Source: Nanobdellota archaeon (lineage in GTDB: Archaea > Nanobdellota > Nanobdellia > Parvarchaeales > Parvarchaeaceae). From it: a stretch of 64,000 nucleotides of DNA. The notes beneath the pieces were generated by a model. That model ran no database searches. It was given only the letters and a program-made list of their open reading frames with translations, and had not been told where the DNA came from. The stretch lies in assembly GCA_021810345.1 (NCBI GenBank), contig JAJZIX010000001.1:7847-71846 (forward strand), in the 5' to 3' direction. The translations under genes and the position numbers were made by a program. This document shows positions 47,285-56,135 of the stretch, piece after piece; the stretch's first letter is position 1, and every line of letters begins with the position of its first letter.

Positions 47285-48496
47285 TCAGCAGACGCTTAAT
47301 TCCCCCTTTAGAATTCTATCGGTTATTTCAGGTAACGATGCCAGATTATCGCTTATGAACGCTATAAGCGCGGTTTTCTCATTGCCGTCGACTCTTCTAT
47401 CCGTCAATACAGACAAAGAAAGCGGATCCCTTATATCATCCCCTATCCTGCCAAGCATTGTTAGTTGGTTCTTGAGTCCGAACTTGTCATATATCTTTTT
47501 TGATAGATCAAAAGAAAACAAGCTGTATATTTTCCCTATGTGGGTGACCGGATTTTTACCCGCGGCAGCTTCCAGCGTCATTGGCCTGCTGGGGGTTATT
47601 AGTCCGTTTACCCTGTTTCCACGTCCAACTGCGCCGTCGTCCCCGTTTTCCGCGCTTAAGCCAGTCACAGTCAAGTAGCATCCATTCGCTCCTTCTCCTT
47701 TTCTGTCCATCCCGTTTATTCTAATGCGCACTTTTCTGCTCAGGTTTTTGCTTTTGTTTATGGATTCGATCAGCTCCTTAGTGTGCCTTTCTGTCTCTGT
47801 GAGCATCTCTCTCTTCTTTTTGAAGTAATCTGATTCTGAGGATACAAATCTATCAACGAATGCCATTGCTATTGTAAGATTTATGGTGTTACCTGTCCTT
47901 AGCCCCATCACCTTTACGTCTTCTCCCGAAAAAGGGAAGGCTTTTTTAATTTCTTGTGAATTTAGGTACTGCTCAGTTTTGAGTACAAGCTCTTCAAGAC
48001 TGCTGAGAGGGCAGTAACCGACTGCAAATGAGGTGTCATTGGAGTTCCTTTTGCCGTCATTGTAGAACCCGCTAGTCAAATCTCCAGAGCCCTGGGAAGT
48101 CTCAAATAAGTATCTCATTTTGTCCCCCTCTAAAAATCTTATATTGTCTTTTATCCAGTGCTTGGCCGAATTCTCCGCTATCTCTCTTACAGGTATAAGC
48201 TCTCCGTTAAAATTTGATGTTGCTCTTCCAGAAAATAGTATTGTCGGCTGCTTTAGCACGCTTCCGCCCCCAAATGCAGGCTTTGCGCTTCCGCCGATAA
48301 GTTCTAGCTTGTCCACATTGTGATGCAGTATCCTCCCAAATTTGTCAATATAATATTTCGACAGGTTTATAGAAAAGCTTTCAGCTATTGAATCTGCTAT
48401 GTAATCAGGGTGTCCAAGACCTTTCCTTTCGACGACTTCAGTGTTTACTTTTTCGATGTCTTTGCAGCTAAATTTGCTTAAGGTTATATTCCCCAT
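47285..48496 (-). CDS. S-adenosylmethionine synthetase, archaeal type (MAT)
   Basis: [23 protein letters not shown]...[26 protein letters not shown] matches the archaeal MAT N-terminus (IVERKGIGHPDSICDGIAE...FGTILHHNTDQVELVGG). 403 aa. Confidence 0.85.
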   Translation of the reverse strand: MGNITLSKFSCKDIEKVNTEVVERKGLGHPDYIADSIAESFSINLSKYYIDKFGRILHHNVDKLELIGGSAKPAFGGGSVLKQPTILFSGRATSNFNGELIPVREIAENSAKHWIKDNIRFLEGDKMRYLFETSQGSGDLTSGFYNDGKRNSNDTSFAVGYCPLSSLEELVLKTEQYLNSQEIKKAFPFSGEDVKVMGLRTGNTINLTIAMAFVDRFVSSESDYFKKKREMLTETERHTKELIESINKSKNLSRKVRIRINGMDRKGEGANGCYLTVTGLSAENGDDGAVGRGNRVNGLITPSRPMTLEAAAGKNPVTHIGKIYSLFSFDLSKKIYDKFGLKNQLTMLGRIGDDIRDPLSLSVLTDRRVDGNEKTALIAFISDNLASLPEITDRILKGELSVC

Positions 48497-48609
48497 CTAC
48501 CTATAATCTAATTACCTGTTTAAAAGCATTATATCAGAAAATGCTTTTCTATACTAATAACTACTTAAGAGGAAAGGTTTTTATATAAGTTTCTATCAGT
48601 ATTTAGAAC

Positions 48610-49452
48610 ATGGAAAAGATGAAAATAGGACTGACCGAGGGATTTTACAGCTATGACTATGGCAGCCCAGAGCATATTTTTTACTTGATAGACGAGCACA
48701 AAGGAAAGAACCTAGACATGCTTGTGGGGCCTGAATGGGGTTTAAACGCAAAACCTGAAGGACTTTATTACCGCCGAAAGTTCAAAAACCTGGATGATTT
48801 TATAGACAACGCGTTTACAGCCGAGACAAAGATATCCGATTATGCACCGAAAGACGCTAAATCTGTCCTGTTGAAAAACCGCGACAGGCTTAGGTTTAGC
48901 ACGCTTAATAACATCCCCTACTCTGAAGCGGAGGCGCATAGAGTCATAGACGCATTGAAAGAGCACAGCAAAAATTGTGATACGCTTATACTCCCAGGGA
49001 CTATGGTGTCATATGACAACAAAGGAAGATTGTCGAATTATATGCCGGTTATACAAAACGGGAAACATTTGAAAAATATATACAAAATAAGCGACGGAGG
49101 TACGCGCTTTTTCAGTCTTTTTGGTGTATTAGAATTTGCGATTAATGAGGACGAATGCGATATCGAGCGTTTTGTCCCAAAGAACAATGTGCTTTATGCA
49201 GACAACAAAAAAATTGGGGTTGAGATATGCGCGGATTCCGGCCGTCTGAGAGAGGTCGGTGTAAAAGATCTGGACCTACAGGTTTTATCTTCGTGTGGAA
49301 ATTATACGATTGAGCCGGCCGTTGAAGAAGGAAAGTATGTCGTCTGTGCAGATGGTGCTAGTGGCAATTATTTCGTCAAAAAATTGTATGGTAAAGAGAT
49401 AAAAAAGAAGTCTGATGGCTTACTTAGCGTCTTTACTGCCAAGCTGTTTTAA
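48610..49452 (+). CDS. carbon-nitrogen hydrolase (nitrilase superfamily) family protein
   Basis: Candidate catalytic triad in context: LVGPEW (Glu), YRRKFKNL (Lys) and KIGVEICADSG (Cys). Confidence 0.5.
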   Translation: MEKMKIGLTEGFYSYDYGSPEHIFYLIDEHKGKNLDMLVGPEWGLNAKPEGLYYRRKFKNLDDFIDNAFTAETKISDYAPKDAKSVLLKNRDRLRFSTLNNIPYSEAEAHRVIDALKEHSKNCDTLILPGTMVSYDNKGRLSNYMPVIQNGKHLKNIYKISDGGTRFFSLFGVLEFAINEDECDIERFVPKNNVLYADNKKIGVEICADSGRLREVGVKDLDLQVLSSCGNYTIEPAVEEGKYVVCADGASGNYFVKKLYGKEIKKKSDGLLSVFTAKLF

Positions 49453-51171
49453 TCCCATAGAATTCTTTATTTCATTGATGGCCAGTATTATACCAGCGTG
49501 TGCAAAACCCTGCGGGTAATTGCCAAGGAAATCCTCGTTTTCCACGTCCACATGCTCGCCCACTAACCCGCTTTTTTTGCCTATCTTTGCAAGGTTCTGG
49601 ATGATGCCGATCGCTTCATTGTTCCTACCCTCCAGAGCATATATCTGGCTTAGCCATCCAGAGCACAGGGAAAAGGGATGCTTGGCCTCCCCCATGCTAT
49701 CGTGCCTGTACCTGAATACGTAGCCTCCAAGCACCAGGTCCTTCTCTATTTTCTTGAGCGTGCTACTGAACAGAGGATTTGTCGCCTCAATAAACCCGAC
49801 TATTGGTATGTTAAGCAGGGCTGCATCAACCTGGTCAGTCCCGGGGTATTTGGAGAAATACCCATTTACGGTGCAGTTTTCCATTGTCCATTTTTTTATC
49901 TCATCAGCTTTATCATGCCATCTGTCGCGCATCCCCAACTCAATGGCTATTTTTCCTGCTTTGTCCAAAGTGGACCACATCATCACCTTAGAAAATGTGA
50001 ATTCCCTTTTTTCACTCTCTTCCCACAATCCGGCGTCGCTCAGTTTCCAGTTCTTTGAGACCCAGTCTGCACAGTATTCAACAGCCCATATCGATTCAGA
50101 CAAAAATGCCTTGTCTTTTGTTTCGCTGTAGTAAGTGTAAAGTGCATTGATAAAGAAACCTTCAACGTCAAGCTGCACCTGTTTGTATGCCGAGTTTCCT
50201 ACTCTTACAGGCTTGGAGCCGTTGAATCCACTGAGCCAGTCTATTGTTCTTTCAGGCGTTGGCGATGAGCCATCCAGTTCGTAGACCGGCTGGCTGAACG
50301 GTTTTCCGGAGAAATCCATTATTCTCATTAGAAACTGGATTATTTTCTTGCCCTCCTTCGGGAGGCCGGCTCTTATCAGCGCTTGCGACATTATGCATGA
50401 ATCCCTTACCCATATGAAGCGGTAGTCCCAGTTCCTGCTTTCTCCAATGGCCTCCGGCAGTGAAGTTGTAGGGGCGGAGACAGGCGCTCCCGACGGCGCA
50501 AAAAATAGACCCAAAATAGCCGATATGGATGAGGAATAGATCTTTGAGAGGCTGTTTAGGCCCTCTCCCGGCAGATTGCTGCTTTCCCACAAAGATTTGG
50601 GCAGGAGGTGCTCCCAATATTTTATCGACCTCTCCTGGCCTTCTTTTGGATATGAAAAGATTATCTCTTTCTCACTGAACAGCCCTTTAGAAACATCCTG
50701 CGAGTATAGAAGGTAAATATACCCCTTTCCCGGTTTGATTAAAATAGAGCTTCCATTGATTTTTGGCTTTAGCCCGAATGTTTTCACTTCTATGCCTTCT
50801 GCAACGCCTGGAAGTGTGAATTTTATACCATCTTTTTTAACCTCTGCATTTAGCTTTGATCTGCCATAGTCAAAAGTTGGAGAAAGACTTATCTCAAGAT
50901 CAATGCTGCTTTCTACCTCCCGTATCAGCGCACTTTGACCAAAAGGCATGAAGTCTGTGATCTTTGCCGTCCCCTTTATGGTCTCAAAAGTTGTCTCCAG
51001 TATGTTTGGTGCGGTATACCTCTGGGAGATTTTTGCTTCGTCCTGAATCTTAATGTCGAAAGAGCCCCCTTTCTCCTCATCCAGAAGCTTTGAGAATATG
51101 GGGGAGCTATCAAACCTTGGCATCGTGCACCAGACTACCTCACCTGAAAGTGATATTAATGCTCCGCTCAT
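49420..51171 (-). CDS. glycoside hydrolase family 15 (glucoamylase/trehalase-like)
   Basis: WDYRFIWVRDSCIMSQALIRAG and NYPQGFAHAGIILAINE are GH15 signature regions. Start placed at MSGALISLSGEVVW. The tracker ORF extends to 51246. Confidence 0.75.
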   Translation of the reverse strand: MSGALISLSGEVVWCTMPRFDSSPIFSKLLDEEKGGSFDIKIQDEAKISQRYTAPNILETTFETIKGTAKITDFMPFGQSALIREVESSIDLEISLSPTFDYGRSKLNAEVKKDGIKFTLPGVAEGIEVKTFGLKPKINGSSILIKPGKGYIYLLYSQDVSKGLFSEKEIIFSYPKEGQERSIKYWEHLLPKSLWESSNLPGEGLNSLSKIYSSSISAILGLFFAPSGAPVSAPTTSLPEAIGESRNWDYRFIWVRDSCIMSQALIRAGLPKEGKKIIQFLMRIMDFSGKPFSQPVYELDGSSPTPERTIDWLSGFNGSKPVRVGNSAYKQVQLDVEGFFINALYTYYSETKDKAFLSESIWAVEYCADWVSKNWKLSDAGLWEESEKREFTFSKVMMWSTLDKAGKIAIELGMRDRWHDKADEIKKWTMENCTVNGYFSKYPGTDQVDAALLNIPIVGFIEATNPLFSSTLKKIEKDLVLGGYVFRYRHDSMGEAKHPFSLCSGWLSQIYALEGRNNEAIGIIQNLAKIGKKSGLVGEHVDVENEDFLGNYPQGFAHAGIILAINEIKNSMGLKQLGSKDAK

Positions 51172-51289
51172 CTGATTACTTATAAATGACAGGTCCTTCA
51201 AGCGCATGATTACCCTTATAATATAATGCTTTATATTGGTTTTCATGCACTGAAAAGTTAATATTGGTGTGGATCTAAAAAGCAGTGTT

Positions 51290-51372
51290 GCAGGGGTAGC
51301 GAAGCGGTCAAACGCGTAAGGCTTAGGACCTTATGGCTCAGGCCTTCGAGGGTTCAAATCCCTCCTCCTGCA
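51290..51372 (+). tRNA. tRNA-Leu (anticodon TAG), class II
   Basis: Same scaffold as the tRNA at 26620 but with a canonical D-stem (GCG/CGC) and loop CTTAGGA. Acceptor GCAGGGG/CTCCTGC. Confidence 0.8.
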
Positions 51373-51384
51373 TTTTGGTTCAAT

Positions 51385-51399
51385 AAAAACTATTTATTC
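51385..51399 (+). promoter_or_regulatory. conserved BRE/TATA-like element (AAAAACTATTTATTC) upstream of the pilin gene
   Basis: Homologous to the elements at 30624 and 26716. Confidence 0.35.
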
Positions 51400-51419
51400 A
51401 TTCTCTTTACCTCTATTAT

Positions 51420-52556
51420 ATGAGTCTCCCACGAAGATCCCAATCGGCATTGGAATACATGATGACGTATGGCTGGGCCATACTGGTAATCGTCATCGTC
51501 GCAGCAGTCCTGTATTCCTTAGGTATCTTCTCTCCTGCATCGTCTTTATCTCTTACAGTAACAGGATTCTCAGGTTTTGTAGGTACTCAGGCCGACTGCA
51601 CTCCATCAGGTGTATTGGTCCTATCACTCAACGATGCGCTCGGAAATCCTGTTTTCATAAAATATGCAAATTCAACATACAATGGCAAAACCTTCTCATC
51701 AAACGTTTCTGAGACTATACTCCCAGACTCTTCCGGTAAGATACTTATACTTAACGGCTGCGTCAACTCATCAAATGTTCATTTTTCATCCACAGTGACG
51801 CTGGAATACACAGAGCCCGGCCAACCCCTGCCTGGGCCTTATATAAGTACAGGTTATATCACAGGCACTACTTCCTCATTCGTACAGAATACAGTCTCAG
51901 AGTTCATTGTAAATCAAAGTCAAATATACATACCAAATTCAACTACTACTTATAATATGTGGCAGGGTGGGCCTTATACCTTGTCATCTTGGGTGAATTT
52001 GACATCTGATACTGCATCATGTCAGCATTATCCTTGTGTAGCTCTTATCCAGGTTGAATTTGGCTGCACATCCGGCGTACAAGACTTCGCGGCAAATTCA
52101 AGTGGTTTTTGGACAAATGAATTAGAGTGGAATGTCACTCACACCTCGTGTACATCCGGTCAGACATCTCCATCAATTTTCGTTCCTTTTGATAAATGGG
52201 CACTTATAACTGGAATCTTCGGGTATAATAGTTCATCCTCTAGCTATTATGTTGAAATCTGTGTGGATGCAAAATGTGATGAAAATCCTTATACTCTTGA
52301 TCATCCCGGTTACCAAGGTACAGGCGCAACGGCAATCGGTGCATACCAGTTATCTGGCAGAATAGCAAATGTCCAACTCTATAGTTTTGCACTTTCCCAT
52401 AATCAGATTCAGACAATGTATGATGAAGGATACGCAGGTATACCCCCAACTACCAATGGATTAGTGGCATGGTATCCTTTGGATGGCAACGCGAATGATT
52501 ATTCTGGTAATAATAACAATGGCGTTGCAACAAATGTTCAGTGGGTATCACCTTGA
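51420..52556 (+). CDS. type IV pilin-like/adhesin protein, class III signal peptide plus LamG-like C-terminus (paralog of 30660)
   Basis: MSLPRRSQSALEYMMTYGWAILVIVIVAAVLYSLGIFSPASS. The C-terminus LVAWYPLDGNANDYSGNNNNGVATNVQWVSP is about 85% identical at DNA level to the 3' end of 30660..31772. The middle is divergent. Confidence 0.7.
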   Translation: MSLPRRSQSALEYMMTYGWAILVIVIVAAVLYSLGIFSPASSLSLTVTGFSGFVGTQADCTPSGVLVLSLNDALGNPVFIKYANSTYNGKTFSSNVSETILPDSSGKILILNGCVNSSNVHFSSTVTLEYTEPGQPLPGPYISTGYITGTTSSFVQNTVSEFIVNQSQIYIPNSTTTYNMWQGGPYTLSSWVNLTSDTASCQHYPCVALIQVEFGCTSGVQDFAANSSGFWTNELEWNVTHTSCTSGQTSPSIFVPFDKWALITGIFGYNSSSSSYYVEICVDAKCDENPYTLDHPGYQGTGATAIGAYQLSGRIANVQLYSFALSHNQIQTMYDEGYAGIPPTTNGLVAWYPLDGNANDYSGNNNNGVATNVQWVSP

Positions 52557-52628
52557 TTCCTTTTTGGCCCAAAGGTTAAATATGCATGCCATTAAAGTAT
52601 ATAAATATCAGGAGAGGAATAGAAGTCT

Positions 52629-52919
52629 ATGGTTATAAAAGGAAAGGGTTCGCACAGGCGTTCCAGGAAAAGATTAAGTAGAGATGAAGGCAAAAAGGGG
52701 TATATAGACATAAAAAAGACCCTTCAGGTCTTCCAGCCAGGCGACAAGGTCGTGATAGACCCGGATTCATCGATACAGAGAAATATACCGCACAGGAAGT
52801 TCTTTGGTCTGCCGGGAGTAGTCTTGTTTAAAAAGGGAAAAACCTATACTATAGAAGTGAAGAAAGGAGGAGCAAGCAAGAGGATTGATTTGCTCCCAGT
52901 GCACATTAAGAGGCTTTGA
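52629..52919 (+). CDS. rpl21e: 50S ribosomal protein L21e
   Basis: GSHRRSRKRLS...FQPGDKVVIDPDSSIQRNIPHRKFFGLPGVV...LLPVHIKRL matches L21e. Confidence 0.8.
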   Translation: MVIKGKGSHRRSRKRLSRDEGKKGYIDIKKTLQVFQPGDKVVIDPDSSIQRNIPHRKFFGLPGVVLFKKGKTYTIEVKKGGASKRIDLLPVHIKRL

Positions 52920-52923
52920 GCAT

Positions 52924-53247
52924 ATGGAATACGACGTAATTGATGAGAAGATAATAAGTGAAACCGAAGTAAAGGAGAAATACATGGATGCTATAGACGA
53001 CAGCAACGAGATGGGCAAAAAGCTTGTGGCGCACATAAAGAAAAACATAAAAATAGACGATTTCAAGGCAACTTTCGACGAGCTTGCTGCTCTTAATCTT
53101 GACATAAGGGATGATTATCTGATGATGCTTGTGGATGTTTCTCCAACCTCTGTGGACCAGGTCAGAGCCATTCTTTCGCCTCTCAAATCCAACATCAAAG
53201 AAGAGGATACAAGGAAAATCTTGGCAGTACTAAAAAAGCATTTATAA
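52924..53247 (+). CDS. rpoF: RNA polymerase subunit F (Rpb4 homolog), probable
   Basis: Conserved archaeal gene order L21e - RpoF - DUF655. Acidic helical 107-aa protein. Call by position. Confidence 0.55.
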   Translation: MEYDVIDEKIISETEVKEKYMDAIDDSNEMGKKLVAHIKKNIKIDDFKATFDELAALNLDIRDDYLMMLVDVSPTSVDQVRAILSPLKSNIKEEDTRKILAVLKKHL

Positions 53248-53271
53248 TGCTGAAATTCCTTAGTTTTTTGT

Positions 53272-53802
53272 ATGCCACGAGACGAATATGCTTATATTTT
53301 GGAGTACCTGCCGTACGGCATGGCAGATTCAAAGGAGAGAAGGCCGTCTGCGATTATACTGACGGATTCGCTGGGCCTGCTGCTGGTCGTGCTTAAGAAG
53401 GACGTGAAAGTGGAGCCCGGTCAGAAGGTCTACATAGGTGAGGATAAGAGGGAAGAAGTGCACCACATAGTAGAGCGCATTTCACCGGACAAACTCAGCG
53501 CAGCAGGCATGCAGTTGCTTACCGATAAACTTCACCAAATAATACTCGAAAATGAGAAGAAATACGTGGACTTGATAAACAAGCTGGGCCCAATAAACGT
53601 AAGGATACATGCGATCAGCCTTATACCTGGAATGGGTAAGAAGACCAGCCAAAAGCTTCTTTTAGAGAGGAGCATAAAGCCATTCGAGTCATACAACGAC
53701 ATAAAAGAGAGAGCAGGGCTCTCAACCACCGTTGATAAAGCAATAGAAGACAGGATAATGGAAGAATTGTATGGCAAGGACAAGTATAGGATATTCACTT
53801 AA
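53272..53802 (+). CDS. DUF655/COG1491 predicted RNA-binding protein (OB fold plus HhH)
   Basis: N-terminus EYAYILEYLPYG. HhH region RIHAISLIPGMGKKTSQKLLLERSIKPFESYNDIKERAG matches the family pattern (LLPGIGKK...ERxKKPFESFEDI). Confidence 0.65.
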   Translation: MPRDEYAYILEYLPYGMADSKERRPSAIILTDSLGLLLVVLKKDVKVEPGQKVYIGEDKREEVHHIVERISPDKLSAAGMQLLTDKLHQIILENEKKYVDLINKLGPINVRIHAISLIPGMGKKTSQKLLLERSIKPFESYNDIKERAGLSTTVDKAIEDRIMEELYGKDKYRIFT

Positions 53803-53918
53803 GGGGTTGTAGTCTAATCCGGCAGAATAGGCGGCTCCAGTTTATCTGGAAACATGACTCTAAACGGGGGATGATTAGAAGAAACCGCTTGATCCAGGTT
53901 CAAATCCTGGCAACCCCA
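53803..53918 (+). tRNA. tRNA-Trp (anticodon CCA) with an intron of about 43 nt after position 37
   Basis: Acceptor GGGGTTG/CAACCCC. Anticodon stem GGCGG/CCGCT. Loop CTCCAG|intron|A. T-arm CCAGG-TTCAAAT-CCTGG. The intron TTTATCTGGAAACATGACTCTAAACGGGGGATGATTAGAAGAA contains a GATGA (C-box-like) motif. Confidence 0.75.
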
Positions 53919-54029
53919 CAGATTATATGGGGCATAGTATATCTCTCTCTTAATTTCACTCCTGCCCCAGTATATACACAAAAGTATATACCTTCAATAA
54001 TTCATGCCCAAATCATCTAAAATCAATAT

Positions 54030-54176
54030 CTAATTGGTACAGGTTTCATCTGGTATCAGCTCTACCACCATGAAATCGATTGGGTTAAGTCCAGCTGCCT
54101 TTACTTTTATTGTTACTTGTCCTGGACCGGCTTTCGGCTTGTCTGTCTCCTTGAGGTTTAAGTTATCTATCCATTC
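54030..54176 (-). pseudogene. N-terminal fragment of a zinc-type alcohol dehydrogenase/quinone oxidoreductase (MDR family), no start codon
   Basis: Minus-strand translation EWIDNLNLKETDKPKAGPGQVTIKVKAAGLNPIDFMVVELIPDETCTN* carries the PGPGEVLIKVKAAGLNPVD MDR N-terminal motif. In-frame stops lie immediately upstream. Confidence 0.45.
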
Positions 54177-54437
54177 TTACTAAGAATCCACGCTTTCATA
54201 TAGTATTATTTTACTAGCGATATAAACGCTTTCTTAAGTTTATATTAGTTTAAAACTTCAAATCGCAGTAAACTAGAAAGACGACTCTTACTGACTGAGT
54301 ATGATTAAAGTTATATAGGTTTATAATATATAAACGAAAATCTTTATATTACGTAATAGCTGATAAAAAAAGTAGGGTTTTAGCTTCAATTAAAGCTAAT
54401 AACAAGTGAAAGTAGTTTTTTTTATCAAGTAGAATAT

Positions 54438-55001
54438 ATGGACAACCTAAAATATACAAAAATCGAAAGGGCAGATAACAAAAAGGTTGCAGTATTTGAT
54501 TGTGATGACACTCTCTTTTTTACAGGAGATTCACTTAGATTAGCTTCAAAAGAAGTATTTAACCGAGATTTAACAAGGCTTCAGATTAAAAAATTACCGC
54601 CAAATATAAGAGCTAATCTATTTATCACTGCTAGTAAAAAATATCATACAGCGTACAAACCAAATAAATTGACTATAGATAAATGTAAGATACTTAAATC
54701 AAAAGGATATGATATCATAGTGTTAACTACTCGTTGGAATACTCTCAGAAAATATACCTTAAAAATCTTATCTAATAACAATATACCTTTCAAAAAACTG
54801 ATTTTGGATAGGAATGGGAGTACAGACGGAGAAAAATTTAAAATACACTACATAAAATCTTTGTTATCAAAATACAAGCAAGTCATTTTTTTTGATGACT
54901 CAATAGAAATTATGCGTAAAGTTGAAAGGTTAAATTCATTAAAAAGGGTGTCACTATATTTAGTTAGCCCAACGCGCATACGTCTATATAGAGCAGGATA
55001 A
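54438..55001 (+). CDS. HAD-superfamily phosphatase-like protein
   Basis: VAVFDCDDTLFF is the DxDxT motif I. Lys-rich, AT-rich gene at the left end of the island. Confidence 0.55.
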   Translation: MDNLKYTKIERADNKKVAVFDCDDTLFFTGDSLRLASKEVFNRDLTRLQIKKLPPNIRANLFITASKKYHTAYKPNKLTIDKCKILKSKGYDIIVLTTRWNTLRKYTLKILSNNNIPFKKLILDRNGSTDGEKFKIHYIKSLLSKYKQVIFFDDSIEIMRKVERLNSLKRVSLYLVSPTRIRLYRAG

Positions 55002-55004
55002 TCT

Positions 55005-56081
55005 TTAAATCGCTGCTCTTTTATAAAAATTTTCGAGATTAATACAATTTTCTTTTATGTTGAAGTGTTCCTTGATTACTTCCCGTGCAGAAATACCGAA
55101 TTTTGAGTAATCTGATAAAACATCTCTTATCCCTTGAGATAGCGCTGAGCTACTCTTAGCTTCTACAGTTACACCCCCACCAAACTTTAATGCTTCTTTC
55201 ATTCCTCCTTGATCTGTTGTAACAACTCCCAAACCACAAGCCATCGCTTCTAACATGCTGGTAAGGACACCTTCTCTCGAATAGGATGGGAATACTCCTA
55301 TCTTAGAACGTGAGTAAATTCTTGGAAGGTCTTTAAAGTTGACATAACCTAAAAAATCAATATTGACTTTTAATTTTTTTGACAAAGCATAAAGTCTTTC
55401 CTTCTCTGGACCCTCTCCAGCAATGGCAAGTTTTAGGTCACTCCCTCGTATTGCTTTAATAAGGTAATCTAGCCCCTTTATTTTTATTAGCCTACCTACG
55501 AATACCAAATCATAAATTTTTTTTGTTTTTACCGGTTTAAAAAAATCTGTTGTTATCCCATTGTGTATAACCTTCTTTATTTTATAAGCAAATTCGGGAA
55601 AAAGAGACTGCCATTTAGTTTTGACCTCGGAGCTGACAGATAATATCTTCCTAGCCCTTCCAAGCCCTATTACAGCTCGTTCTACTCTATTATCCGGGTA
55701 ACCATGTAAATGCAGAATAATGTTCTTATTATCAAGTACGATGTGGTCATTAGAGTAGTGGGATATTATAACATCTGGGTTTATTTTTTTTATAGTCTCT
55801 ACCGAGTCGAGTTGCATCATAAGAGATTCAGAGTCCCAAGCTTCCAGTGGAATTCTTGCACCCGCGTGGTAAACCCGGTCCAAAGACTTGATCCTGGAAA
55901 AGATTACTTTAACATTGGCATCTTTTAGTAATTTTAAATATTCAGAAGGTTTTGACGGTTTTGTGGTAATCAAAGTAACGTCATTTCCCAATTTGGACAA
56001 TTCCGCCATCTGATACACAGGTACAATCTCTCCACCCCCTATATAGTAAGATATCCTAGGCTGAACTACAAGTATTTTCAT
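55005..56081 (-). CDS. glycosyltransferase family 4 (GT-B, retaining)
   Basis: C-terminal REGVLTSMLEAMACGLGVVTTDQGG resembles the GT4 EX7E-region motif (EGFGLVLLEAMACGLPVV). Confidence 0.75.
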   Translation of the reverse strand: MKILVVQPRISYYIGGGEIVPVYQMAELSKLGNDVTLITTKPSKPSEYLKLLKDANVKVIFSRIKSLDRVYHAGARIPLEAWDSESLMMQLDSVETIKKINPDVIISHYSNDHIVLDNKNIILHLHGYPDNRVERAVIGLGRARKILSVSSEVKTKWQSLFPEFAYKIKKVIHNGITTDFFKPVKTKKIYDLVFVGRLIKIKGLDYLIKAIRGSDLKLAIAGEGPEKERLYALSKKLKVNIDFLGYVNFKDLPRIYSRSKIGVFPSYSREGVLTSMLEAMACGLGVVTTDQGGMKEALKFGGGVTVEAKSSSALSQGIRDVLSDYSKFGISAREVIKEHFNIKENCINLENFYKRAAI

Positions 56082-56135
56082 ATCTAAATAATACTCATTT
56101 AATGTATAAATTTACTTACTTCCTAATAATCCGAT

